Positions 11,291-22,046 are shown, counted from the stretch's first letter. The stretch is DNA of 64,000 nucleotides from an uncultured Nitrososphaeraceae archaeon (GCA_963837175.1 CAWIMJ010000050.1:320001-384000); one strand, 5' to 3'. The notes: generated by a model from the sequence alone, not told the origin. Made by a program: numbers and translations.

Positions 11291-11908
11291 TCATACTATT
11301 CCCTTTCCTCCTAATTCTTCGAGAAATGCAATTTCTGACAATCGTTTTCTTTGCCGCGGTGCAAATGCCTTCTCTCTTAGTCCTGTTGGTAATATGAGAT
11401 GTGAATCCTGGTATCCTACTGCTATCATGATGCCTGCTTCAAATTCTTCAGGTATATTGAAAACTTCCCTAGCTTTCTGTACATTAAAGCCCCCCATTTC
11501 GTGCATAATTAGGCCCTGATTAAATGCTTCAAGAAACATATTCTCATTCGCCGCGCCTAAATCATGAAAATGAAGTCTATTATGATTTCCATTATCAGAA
11601 TACGTCTTTCTTGTTATTGCGCAGATGAGAATTGGAGCTCTTTTGGCATAATCATTTATTTCATTTAAGACCGATTGAGCTTTATTTAATTTTTCTGGAT
11701 TATCATTAGTAAAAACAATGTAGCGCCATGGTTGTTCGTTACGTGAAGATGGAGCCCATCTAGCAGCCTCAAGTATAGATAACAATTTTGATTTTTCTAC
11801 AGGTCTTGTAGAAAATGCTCTTGCACTCCATCTTCTTGCTATTATATCATTTATAGGAAAATCAGTCTTTGCAGATTTTGTTAACATTTCTTTGTCAGAG
11901 TGGATCAA
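11291..11908 (-). CDS. Nitroreductase family flavoprotein
   Basis: RRWSARAF, AARWAPSSRNEQPWRY, MGGF. Confidence 0.93.
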   Translation of the reverse strand: MIHSDKEMLTKSAKTDFPINDIIARRWSARAFSTRPVEKSKLLSILEAARWAPSSRNEQPWRYIVFTNDNPEKLNKAQSVLNEINDYAKRAPILICAITRKTYSDNGNHNRLHFHDLGAANENMFLEAFNQGLIMHEMGGFNVQKAREVFNIPEEFEAGIMIAVGYQDSHLILPTGLREKAFAPRQRKRLSEIAFLEELGGKGIV

Positions 11909-12842
11909 TGATTGTCCACACTATTGGTTTATTCCATTATATGGAGGTAACGAAGTAATGTATTCAATAATGCAATTAGCATTAATTAAGTCATACTATA
12001 TTGGCTCATATTAGATACGCAGAATATGATGGAATTATATGACAATAAGTGATAGATCAAAGGAATCATTCTTTGTATAGCTCTAAATAATACTATGAAT
12101 GATCATTTTTTGTTGTTAAAAACAACCTTAGAAAGGTGAAAATGAGATTAATAGAAAACCTGACTCATCAATATATTACAATAATAGCATATTTTTAGAG
12201 TAAATTAATTGGTCTAACTATGACCCTGAAGAATAAAAATAGGCGATTATTTCTGAAAGGTATAATTACATAATACAAATAGAATGGACAACGAATAATT
12301 TTGGTTCATTTTATTGTTCTAATCAGAATTCTTCGGACGCTAATTACACAACAATACAAGATTCTCAGGTCAGACTGCTAGAATAATTAAATTCATGGAA
12401 GTTATAGAATTCATTCATATAAAATAAGTTGAAAATCGAAATTATCATTAAAACATCATCTAATAATAATTGACTATCCATCATCAATTGTCATTTTTGG
12501 TCATGACATCCATGTAGTATAAAGAGACATCTAACTTATCTCTTAATCGCAAACAAAATATCTATTCTTTATTGTATTAGGAACTGAAACGGCCGGGAAG
12601 GGTTTGGTTTATCTTCTTCCTATACTGAGCTGAATTAAATGTTTCAAAATCTGGTAACGATCAGTTGTATATGGTCATTTTTAGCTATTATCAGTTGGCC
12701 CATGCCTAATCACACATTTTATGCCTTGGTAAGTTATAACTAAATTAGTTATAATATTTGAGTTTTATAAATATAAATACATTTTAGAAATAAAACAATA
12801 AATTTAAGAGGAATTAAATGATTAAAGTTAATCGCTTCCTCT

Positions 12843-13175
12843 TTATTCAAGTATGCCCTCATTGTCATATTTTTGCTCAACACATATAGTGAATCCTACA
12901 TGTGCACAGTCGTCTGTATGACATGTCTTACATTGTGGTATTCCAGCATGCGTTTGAACATTTACATCATCGGCAAGGTTTTGATCATATAGTATGGCGT
13001 ACTTATTATTAACAAACTCTTTTAAAATAATGGGATTATTGGTAGATTGTTTGTTCTCAGAACCTAACCATTGCATAAAGGCGGTTGTACCTTGATCTAA
13101 CGAATTACAGGGCAGTACTAATCTAGAATCACTATGATTTCTTTTTGTTTTTGTTATTTTGCTTTTACCAAACAA
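12843..13175 (-). CDS. Hypothetical protein with C-terminal SWIM-like Zn site (start uncertain)
   Basis: CKTCHTDDCAHVGF motif. Confidence 0.55.
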   Translation of the reverse strand: MFGKSKITKTKRNHSDSRLVLPCNSLDQGTTAFMQWLGSENKQSTNNPIILKEFVNNKYAILYDQNLADDVNVQTHAGIPQCKTCHTDDCAHVGFTICVEQKYDNEGILE

Positions 13176-13948
13176 CTTTTTATCTGATCTTTTTGAAGCT
13201 GATCAAGCATATCGTAGATATAATTTAATGCAACCCATTAATAAATATATCAATGATTAGGAAATAAAAATGTATTTTCTTTATAGTAAATCATTATATA
13301 TGTAGCTAAAAGATCTGCCATTTGTAACCAGTAAAGTAGAATGGTTTTATGTTTTTATATTTTTGAAATAGAACTTTTTTTTATTCCATCTCTTGGAGAT
13401 GTATTAGTTGTGAAGCTTTATCAAAGAAAGCTTAGCATATGTCAAGAAATTCACTATTATTATTGCTAATTGATCACCAAGTATAGTTCGGAAATAATCT
13501 CTTCAACAGCATTTATAGTCATAGGCAGTAACAACTGGATTGCTCTTTGTCGCAATAATGATACATTGCTCTTTTTTTATATGGCTATCGATTTTAGATC
13601 CACGGCTTCCACTTCCGTTATCTTTGGTTATAGAAGAGCACTGCTATAATTACTAACTCATGTAGAAAGGTGGGTGGTGGAAAATAGTTTGCTGTGACAA
13701 CGAATTTTCCTACAATATTGATAATTATTTATCCACGGCTTGATTTTATTGATGATACTAAGTCACATATCCGGATGGATGATAAAGACTTCTGCAAATA
13801 GGTTAGCAATTCATGTTTTCTTATTCAGAGCCTGCTCTTGATGATATGAAAAGTTGTCTTTTATAGTGATAATTGTTTATTATATTCTAAAGTCAATAGA
13901 TAATAAAATACTTTTAATTAGTGCAATTATTATATTATTATATCGTAA

Positions 13949-14515
13949 ATGGAATTAAACGCCATTCTATTCATATTGTGTCTTCCCATATTATTTTCTT
14001 TATTTTCTAGCGCACATAGTCTTCATTTGGTATATGCAACCTCAGTAGGAGGAGGAGAAGGGCAAAAGCAAGAAAAGGCATCTAGTAAGCTTGATCCTTT
14101 TGATATTGCAGCTAATACTTATGGCTATTTTATAAAACAGTTAAAAAATTTTGAATTCACAGTTAACCTTGATGCCAATCAAATTTTTCCAAACGATGAA
14201 ATAAAGCAAGATATCGTTAGCAAATACAAATCAGCTGAATACAATATTGCCAACTTAAAATATGATCTATTAGGATTTAATATCAGTGCATCAGATATCA
14301 AAATACATGTCGATCCCACAAAAATTGACATAACAAAGACAAGAGTCTATATCCCTGTGATGCTAGCAAACAATGTCAAAGTAAGCAATGGAGTAGTTAA
14401 TTTGGATTTTAACAAAATTGACCTTGGATCAATTTATGCTATTTACGATAGAAATCTAGATAAAATGACAGTTCATATTCCTATGGTTATTGCATACAGG
14501 TATATTCAGCAATGA
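13949..14515 (+). CDS. Hypothetical secreted protein
   Basis: Hydrophobic signal-like N-terminus; 188-aa ORF. Confidence 0.7.
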   Translation: MELNAILFILCLPILFSLFSSAHSLHLVYATSVGGGEGQKQEKASSKLDPFDIAANTYGYFIKQLKNFEFTVNLDANQIFPNDEIKQDIVSKYKSAEYNIANLKYDLLGFNISASDIKIHVDPTKIDITKTRVYIPVMLANNVKVSNGVVNLDFNKIDLGSIYAIYDRNLDKMTVHIPMVIAYRYIQQ

Positions 14516-14653
14516 TGAGATATTCACTGCTACTTGTAAATCATTTTAAACATGAAAGATTTGGTAATATCTTCTTAGAAATCAATAACTAAACAAACTG
14601 TTAATTATAAGTGGTTAAAATATGATTCGCTATAGTAGCAGTAAATCATAAAA

Positions 14654-15160
14654 TTATCTATTTACATTATTAAATTCTGGTGCTATCTTTTCTGCAATTA
14701 TATTTAGCAATTTTTCTCTATATGGGCTTGAATTTGTCCAAACAATTTCAGTAAATCCCCAATCAGCATATTTCTTCAATTTCTTTATTCCTTCTTCTCC
14801 ATTTGAAAAAACAAGCAACTTTCTTCCAATGTATCGTCTCCAATAACCTTACCACTCTTCAATTATTCTTGGATCATGTATTTCTACTTCAATGAAAGCT
14901 TTTATTATGGCCCCTCTCCAAAACCTAATTGATTGCAATGCCTTTTCCTTATTCTCATCATATGAAGTAGGAATGAAGAGTATCTTTTCTAGAGAATCAT
15001 AATCTTTTCCCGATTTTTTTGTACCTTCTTTAACTACAGGTAATAATTTATTTTTTATAGATTCGATATTAAGTTCATTAGTAACAAGTCCGTGGCCTTC
15101 TTCTCCTGCTAGTCTAGCTGATAGGGGTCGGGGTCCAGCAATAAATAATGGAATTGGCCA
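14654..15160 (-). pseudogene. C-terminal half of an F420-dependent LLM-class oxidoreductase (F420-G6PDH-like), frameshifted
   Basis: Manual translation: PIPLFIAGPRPLSARLAGEEGHGLVTNE...SIRFWRGAIIKAFIEVEIHDPRIIEE / GKVIGDDTLEE / KLLVFSNGEEGIKKLKKYADWGFTEIVWTNSSP...IAEKIAPEF; two frameshifts (~14855, ~14821), no N-terminal half. Confidence 0.8.
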
Positions 15161-15256
15161 TATATTATAAAGATAGAAGGAAAACTAGAACAAAACAGTT
15201 TTACCAAAAGCCCGGCATTATCATGATTTATCGCTTCATAAAGTCTGTACAAACTA

Positions 15257-16213
15257 TTAATTTTTCAAAAGGCGACTACGCAAAAAGCAATTGAATCCCT
15301 TTTCATTAACATTTGCAGCCACAAAAATATTATTATGAGATGCATTGTGTTCAATAAACTTTGACTGTCCACGCATTGAACCATTCAACATCACTTCAAT
15401 ATGGCCTTTTTTTAATTTAAATAAAGATGGTTGTTCTAACAATGCAACAGCAAAAACATCATGCAAATTACAAATATCTCGTGTAGAAATTGCAAAATCT
15501 AGTAGGGAAGACATTATTCTTATCAGGGACCTTTTACCTTTAATATTTTTTATCTCTCTGAGGAATTCTGGTCCTACTGCACATACAGGATTCGTAGTGA
15601 CATCTAAGCCAACGAACTTTCTATTTACATTCACATTTTGATTAATTACTATTTTTGCTGCTTCAGGATCACAATAGAAGTTAAATTCTGTAGAATGGTT
15701 GAAACTACCAAAAATTTTATTAGCTAATCCAAATGCGCCGCCCATGACAGAAATTTCTCTTAAATTATTTATTATAGAAGAAGACTTCTTATCTATGAAC
15801 AGCTTTGCAATATTAGTTAGAGGTCCTGTTGCGACAATTGAAACTTCACGTCTCCTATAATTCTTTAAAGTAGATACGATGAAATCAGATAATTGTATCT
15901 TTGAAAGTATTTTTTTATTTTTAGGTACTTCTAATTGTAATCTCCCAAGACCTCCTTTCCCATGGAAACGTTCCTGACGGACTGTTCTTCTTTTGATAAG
16001 AGGTTTTGTTGCTCCCTGCAAAACAGGTATGTCTGTCCTGCCTAATGCATGTAATAGTTTAAGTGTGTTAAGTGCGCCAGCTCTTGAACCGATATTTCCA
16101 TTTACAGTAGTAATCGCTAGAACTTCAATATCTACAGATTGTAATGCTATAATAATCGCTATCGCATCATCGATTCCAGGGTCAACGTCTAAGATGACTT
16201 TATAACTTCTCAT
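15257..16213 (-). CDS. Inosine/uridine-preferring nucleoside hydrolase
   Basis: DVDPGIDDA (DxDxxxDD), HGKGGLG, ATGPLTNIA, EFNFYCDPEAA, LHD. Confidence 0.93.
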   Translation of the reverse strand: MRSYKVILDVDPGIDDAIAIIIALQSVDIEVLAITTVNGNIGSRAGALNTLKLLHALGRTDIPVLQGATKPLIKRRTVRQERFHGKGGLGRLQLEVPKNKKILSKIQLSDFIVSTLKNYRRREVSIVATGPLTNIAKLFIDKKSSSIINNLREISVMGGAFGLANKIFGSFNHSTEFNFYCDPEAAKIVINQNVNVNRKFVGLDVTTNPVCAVGPEFLREIKNIKGKRSLIRIMSSLLDFAISTRDICNLHDVFAVALLEQPSLFKLKKGHIEVMLNGSMRGQSKFIEHNASHNNIFVAANVNEKGFNCFLRSRLLKN

Positions 16214-16371
16214 TATTGCTAGATGTTAGAAAGAGTATAATCCGTAAGTATTTTTACATTACTTTGGCATATTAGGTTAGTCCACAGAAGACGAATCAAC
16301 ATTGATATTATAATAGAGAGATTTATAAAACAGTTCTAGATTTAATTATCAAAGATACAAATGCTATTACA

Positions 16372-17257
16372 TTGAAGTTCAGATTTGCAAAAAAGTCAGA
16401 CAAGGAAGAAATTTTAAAATTCTGCATTGATACGTTTGAATGGGGAGATTACATCAACCAAGTATGGGACATGTGGTTTTATGAATCAAACGGAGCTTTA
16501 TTCGTAGCAGAGGATGAAACAAGAAACAACAAAGGATCCACAATAGCGTTTTCACATGTGTCATTATGTCCTCACAGAAGAAAGATCTGGCTTGAAGGAA
16601 TTAGAGTAAATCCAGATAACAGACGAAGATCTATAGCAACAGAATTAATAAGAAAAATGTTGTCCTATGGAAAACGAAAAGGAGCAAGAGAGGCGTCTGC
16701 AATAGTAGCCGTGAATAATCTTCCATCACAATTAATGATGAAGAAAAGCGGTTTTAATGTTATATCAAAATGGATCTATTCTAGTTTTGATAATTTCCCC
16801 CAAAAATTTGGGAACTTTAATGCTAGAATTGCTACCTTTAATGACATAAAAAAAATACAAAATTATTTAAAACAATCAGCAACGTACAGAATCATCGGGA
16901 AAGCGCTATGTTAATTCATGGCGATGGTATTCATTTGATTCTAAGAATTTATCAGATATTATTAAACACCGAAAATTGATTATAGCAGAAAATGATATTA
17001 TCGAAGGAATGACAATTATCGATGGAGATGGATATTGGAATAAGAACAATGTCTTTCAAATAGTTTATCTTGACTCTATTAATGTTTCTTCATTATATGA
17101 TCTGATAGGCTTTGCTATGATGTTATTACAATCAGCTCATGATCGGTATAAGAGGATACAGATATTCGCTCCTCAAACAAGCCAGATATCATCGGTTATA
17201 AGAGAATTAAATATAATTAACCCAGATGAATTTTTGTTATATGGAAAGTCAATTTAA
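16372..17257 (+). CDS. GNAT-family N-acetyltransferase, split by one frameshift near 16890
   Basis: WLEGIRVNPDNRRRSIAT acetyl-CoA motif; the shifted frame continues SSGKRYVNSWRWYSFD... into ORF 16976-17257. Confidence 0.8.
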
Positions 17258-17572
17258 TACCTTTATAATGACGTTTAGCTCGCACCGGGTATGGATGGAA
17301 GAAAGATAAGAATAGAATTCATGTACTGGTAACAAACGCCCGCTATTGTTATTTGGTCCTTCATCACTTTTCTATCCAAACAAGTCGCTCTCTTGATTCT
17401 CATTCTGAAGCATCTGGATCAGTTGGTATGTCTAATTTGCTTTTAGAATGATAATATATCCAGAATATGTAATGCTAATAAATCTAATATAAATAATAGA
17501 ATAAGATGCTGAAAGTAATATAAAATTTTTCTAAACCTTTAAATCATATGTTCAAATTGGTTTGTATAGAGT

Positions 17573-18649
17573 ATGTCAGATATTATATCATGGGACAAAG
17601 CTATTGACAAAAAAGTAAAGTCAAGTGATAACCAAGATATAGGTAAAGTTCAAAGTATTACAAAGGATTATATTCAAACAAAAGAAGGAACGGTAGCCAA
17701 AAAATATTATTTTATTCCTAAGTATTATTTTCAAGGATATGACGGTGATAATTTATGGGTTTCATTAACCAAAGATCAAATAAAGGCTAAATTTGAGAGA
17801 GAAAAAGAACCTGAGCCTGGTGAGTTACAAACACCCGAGTATGCAGAAAGAAGAACAGCAATTACTAAACAGTATCCTGATTTTGATAGTAATATTCCCC
17901 AATATGCTTCTCCATCTACTTTATCGCCTACGACTTCCTCTACTACTACTGCTGCAGATGACAGTGTTGGTATGCCGTGGGATAAAATTATCGATAAAAA
18001 AGTTAAATCAAGTGACAACCAAGATTTGGGAAAGGTGCAAAGCGTTGCTGCTAATTACATCGAAGCACAAGAAGGCCATCTAAGCAAGAAACGCTACTAT
18101 ATACCTAAACATTATATCCAAGGATTCGACGGCGAGCATTTGCACGCGGCATTAACTAAGGACGAAATAAAAAGTCGTTATGAAAGAGATGCTCCTCCAT
18201 CCGAATCAGAATTTCAGAATCAAGAGAAAACTGAACAAAATCTTCGACAGGGGTCTGCTTCTCCGAAGTCTGTTGAGGGAATACCGTTGATGGCTAAGGA
18301 GCCAGGGCTTGAGCTTCGCGGAGAATATTCAGGTAAATCAGTCAATATTCCATGGGAGGAGGTTATCCATAAACATGTACTCACAAGCGATAACGTTGAC
18401 ATAGGAGAAGTAGATAGAGTAGGAAATGAGTATATAGTAGTTAGAGAAGGTGTGGTAAAGACTCATATCTATTATATTCCAAAAGTTTACATCACCAATT
18501 ATGATGGTAGTACACTTTGGATAAACGCTCCTAGTGGATTAGTAAGTGCTAAATTTGAACGAGAAACAGAGCCAACACCAGAAGACATTAAAAGGCTTGT
18601 AGATGAGGCAAAATCTAAGAGCGGCGCCACAGAGAAGTTTGAAAGCTAA
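17573..18649 (+). CDS. Protein of three tandem PRC-barrel-like repeats
   Basis: Three copies of W...I.K.V.SSDN.D.G.V......YI...EG......Y.IPK.Y....DG..L.........K.ER. Confidence 0.8.
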   Translation: MSDIISWDKAIDKKVKSSDNQDIGKVQSITKDYIQTKEGTVAKKYYFIPKYYFQGYDGDNLWVSLTKDQIKAKFEREKEPEPGELQTPEYAERRTAITKQYPDFDSNIPQYASPSTLSPTTSSTTTAADDSVGMPWDKIIDKKVKSSDNQDLGKVQSVAANYIEAQEGHLSKKRYYIPKHYIQGFDGEHLHAALTKDEIKSRYERDAPPSESEFQNQEKTEQNLRQGSASPKSVEGIPLMAKEPGLELRGEYSGKSVNIPWEEVIHKHVLTSDNVDIGEVDRVGNEYIVVREGVVKTHIYYIPKVYITNYDGSTLWINAPSGLVSAKFERETEPTPEDIKRLVDEAKSKSGATEKFES

Positions 18650-19073
18650 AATGACACTTGATAACTCAAAATACAGACACTTATGATGGGGTTATGTGAA
18701 CCATAAGAAGGGATGGTCGTAGGGGTGGAACTTACGCATCTCGATAGCTGGTACAACAAGTACCTGAAACGATACTAATTTATGAATGAACTGATGTGGA
18801 AGAGGTAGACTGACAATTGGAATACTATCTTTTTGTCATTAATATTAGAACTACTTCTAAAGTTGGTTATATCCTTGACAATACTCTAAATTAAAACACA
18901 CAAATTTGTTATATTTGTCAATTTCAGAATATAGTTTTTTAGTTATATTAGGATGATAGTTTTGTTATTTACCTATTGGAATACAAATTCTCTTGTTATT
19001 TTTCATAATTGACCGTTTCTAGAATGGTTATATTATGCATAATTGTATGATTTCTCACCACAGCAGCATTATC

Positions 19074-19250
19074 TTATTGGGTAAGATCAATAATGCTGTT
19101 TCTGATAATCAATTTTGCCTCTGGCGAAATATTATACCGCTCAAGTACTTTTGTCGGTTCCTTTACAAGTACGTTCCTAAATTCTGGTTCACTAGCAGCT
19201 TTTAGCAGAATTTCGCTAATGACCTCAGCGTCCTTCTGTCGATTATGCAA
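19074..19250 (-). CDS. 58-aa NHLP (nitrile hydratase-like leader peptide)-clan protein; candidate YcaO/TfuA precursor or partner
   Basis: Not in ORF track (<60 aa). TTG start; MHNRQKDAEVISEILLKAASEPEFRNVLVKEPTKVLERYNISPEAKLIIRNSIIDLTQ*, matching the leader pattern ii.kA..DpeFR..Ll.dP..vL..y.i; TATA box at the canonical distance. Confidence 0.8.
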   Translation of the reverse strand: MHNRQKDAEVISEILLKAASEPEFRNVLVKEPTKVLERYNISPEAKLIIRNSIIDLTQ

Positions 19251-19275
19251 TTAACAAAACGTTTACAAAATCTGC

Positions 19276-19282
19276 TATATAA
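19276..19282 (-). promoter_or_regulatory. Archaeal TATA box (TTATATA) for the 58-aa gene, within the 84-bp divergent spacer shared with ycaO
   Basis: Lies 26-32 nt upstream of the TTG at 19250, typical spacing for a leaderless archaeal transcript. Confidence 0.6.
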
Positions 19283-19334
19283 TCCTAATGCATAATTCGG
19301 AAACTTGATATGAACTAATTTATGGGTTTCATCT

Positions 19335-20660
19335 ATGATTATAGGAGAGTTACGTCTTCAACCGAGGCAGAAATGGACCATTAACGGTACATCGAGAATA
19401 AGCCCTCCTCAAGAAATCCTGAAGAGAATTACTTCTATATCACGAAAGATAGGAGTCACCAGACTTGCTGATATCACTAACATGGATATACTTGGCATTC
19501 CAAATTATTCAGCGGTTCTACCAGGGACTGAAGATTATATATGGGTTTATAGTGGCAAAGGCTCCACTAAGGCTCATGCTAGAGCCAGTGCTCTGATGGA
19601 ATCTATAGAGCGATATTCCTCGCTTCCAAGCGGTGGCCCAAAAAATTTTATCCAAGGCAGCTATGATCAACTATCAAAGTCATTTACAGTTCTTCATCCA
19701 GACAAACTTTTAGAACCAGTTAGATTTCAATATACTAATGACATGCCAATGGATTTTCTTCCTGGTTTTGATCTATTTACAAATGAACAGATATTGGTAC
19801 CGGCATCAATAGCATTATTTCGTTATTCTCCCGTCCCTCCTTTTGTTAATCCCTTTGCATTTCATCATACAAATGGACTTGCATCTGGTAACGTACTAGA
19901 GGAAGCTATTTGTCATTCATTATGTGAGGTGATAGAGCGCGATGCAACCAGTTTGGCTGAACTACGTGCCAGTGCTATCCCTTTTCATTTTTTACGACAC
20001 ATCACAAATACGCTGAAGGCAAAAGGGTATGCGCTAAACTCTATTCCTACAGATAAATATGTGGACGATCCTAATATATTTCCTGATGTAAATATTTCAC
20101 AGATTGAATTTCAACCAGTTAAAGCTTTAGCAAAAAAATTTCTACAATCCAAAATTCCCTTGATTATTAAGGACATTACATCGGACATTGGAATTCCGAC
20201 ATTTAACGCTAGCAGTATCGAATGGATAAGCCATGATTATGGTTATCTTGCCGAAGGGCATGGAACACATCCTGATGCACGTATTGCATTATTGCGTGCT
20301 ATAACAGAGGTATCACAAACTAGAGCCGCTAACATTCAAGGTGCAAGAGATGATCTCCGAAAAATCAAATACGGACAAAACAATACAAATGATAAACGTG
20401 CATGGCAATTTATGCAGTCAGATAAAAACGTAAAATTTTCTGAGATTGCTACGTATTTTAACCAAGATATTCTTGATGATATCAAGTTGATTCTAGAACA
20501 TCTAAAACAGATTGGATTAAAGAGAGCCATCATCGTAAATTTAACTAACGATAGCATTGGAATCCCTGTTGTAAGGGCAGTAGTACCTGGCCTTGAGACT
20601 TTCAAAATCACAAAATCTATCATGGGTTGGCGAGCAAGAAGGTATTTTAAAAATGAATAA
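19335..20660 (+). CDS. ycaO: YcaO-family ATP-dependent amide kinase (TfuA-associated, thioamide-forming type)
   Basis: IGVTRLADIT, GKG...ASALMESIERYS, TNGLASGNVLEEA...EVIERDA, RAITEVSQTR, VPGLE; no C-terminal PxP tail typical of azoline-forming YcaOs. Confidence 0.95.
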   Translation: MIIGELRLQPRQKWTINGTSRISPPQEILKRITSISRKIGVTRLADITNMDILGIPNYSAVLPGTEDYIWVYSGKGSTKAHARASALMESIERYSSLPSGGPKNFIQGSYDQLSKSFTVLHPDKLLEPVRFQYTNDMPMDFLPGFDLFTNEQILVPASIALFRYSPVPPFVNPFAFHHTNGLASGNVLEEAICHSLCEVIERDATSLAELRASAIPFHFLRHITNTLKAKGYALNSIPTDKYVDDPNIFPDVNISQIEFQPVKALAKKFLQSKIPLIIKDITSDIGIPTFNASSIEWISHDYGYLAEGHGTHPDARIALLRAITEVSQTRAANIQGARDDLRKIKYGQNNTNDKRAWQFMQSDKNVKFSEIATYFNQDILDDIKLILEHLKQIGLKRAIIVNLTNDSIGIPVVRAVVPGLETFKITKSIMGWRARRYFKNE

Positions 20661-21318
20661 GCCTATAATATTTCTAGGTCCTAGCCTGAACCACGAGAGA
20701 GCAAGACAAATCTTTCAAGCTGATTTTAGAGGACCCGCAAAAAAGGGCGATCTCTTAAGAATTTCAAGTGTTGTAGATGATACAACGATAGTCTGCCTAG
20801 TAGACGCATTATTTCTCCAAGATTATCCTCCTTCTCCAATAGAAGTCTATCAACTGATGCTAAATAAAAATATAAAACTATTTGGAGCAGCAAGTCTTGG
20901 TGCATTGCGTGCAGTTGAGCTCGAAAAATTTGGAATGATTGGGATCGGAAAAATTTTTGAACTTTATAAGAAAGGCAAACTAACTGCTGATGACGAAGTA
21001 GCAGTTACCTTCACAGAGGGTGAGCACCAACTCCAGTCTGAGGCAATGATAGATATTCGATTTAATTTATTTTTGGCATATAGAAATGGAATAATTAATG
21101 AAATTACAAAAAAAACAGTAGCTAAAGTAGCCAAAAGTATCTATTTTCCATACAGGAATTATATCGATATCCTTGACCAAACAGAAAAGCACTATCCTGC
21201 GATAGCCGACGATCTGAAACTATTTCGAACTTATATTATCAAAAATAGGCAAAGTCTGAAGGAGCGCGATACAATAAAACTAATTAATTATGTAAAGAAG
21301 CTTTTCATTGAATCTTAA
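20653..21318 (+). CDS. tfuA: TfuA-like protein
   Basis: IFLGPSL, PAKKGDL, GAASLGALRAVEL..FGMIGIGKIF, DDEVAV; ATG at 20653 overlaps the end of ycaO. Confidence 0.93.
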   Translation: MNKPIIFLGPSLNHERARQIFQADFRGPAKKGDLLRISSVVDDTTIVCLVDALFLQDYPPSPIEVYQLMLNKNIKLFGAASLGALRAVELEKFGMIGIGKIFELYKKGKLTADDEVAVTFTEGEHQLQSEAMIDIRFNLFLAYRNGIINEITKKTVAKVAKSIYFPYRNYIDILDQTEKHYPAIADDLKLFRTYIIKNRQSLKERDTIKLINYVKKLFIES

Positions 21319-22046
21319 ATTATAACGTATTTGACTAATAATAGTCTAATTCATGAAAATTAGTGCTTCCATTTGCCTTTAATAATGGTGCAAAGTTCTG
21401 ATTTGGCTTGTAACAGGGAGTTGAATGCATGACATACTTTCTTTAGAATGATTATTCTCAAATCGAGAAATTAAAACATATTAAATGACTTGTAAATTTA
21501 GAGTGCAATATTCTATGTCTGCCTACTGTAAACTAGAAAGCGAAAAAATAATGTATGAACGTGAACAATTATCATTTATTTGAAGACTTTTAAAATATCA
21601 TTTCTCTAATATTATGATCTTTAAATTCTGAGTCTATACAAGGGACAAATTACAAGGAACCAGTAGTCAGACGATTAGAGTGATTAGGCAATTCATAGCT
21701 AGGAAGACAACAAATTATATATATTCTAGATATGGATTTTGCTCTTGTTTTCTCTACTAATGGATTTCAATATGCTACTGTAATGGATGTTATAAAAAAA
21801 ATCTACTATAAAAAATATTTTTTAACATGCCAATTTTTTATTATTTTACATGATTCAGATTCTCCTTGCGCTAGATATACTGGTTTCCTCAATAATACAT
21901 ATCAGCAAGTCATCTTCGGATTTTTGTCAATCAGCTTTAAATCATTAAATTGGTCCTGACTCTGTTGGTCTTTAGAAAAACTCTCGTTATTTTTTATATT
22001 TATATTAATAGAATGTATCTATTAACAATGATATCGATCCTTATAA

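Noticed and set aside
14654-17257. GNAT, nucleoside hydrolase and LLM genes as tailoring enzymes of the YcaO system
   Set aside because: They are 2-4 kb away in mixed orientations and the LLM is a pseudogene; nothing links them without synteny data.
19335-21318. ycaO-tfuA as evidence of methanogenesis (McrA thioglycine)
   Set aside because: No mcr or other methanogenesis genes in the window; gene content points to Nitrososphaerales.
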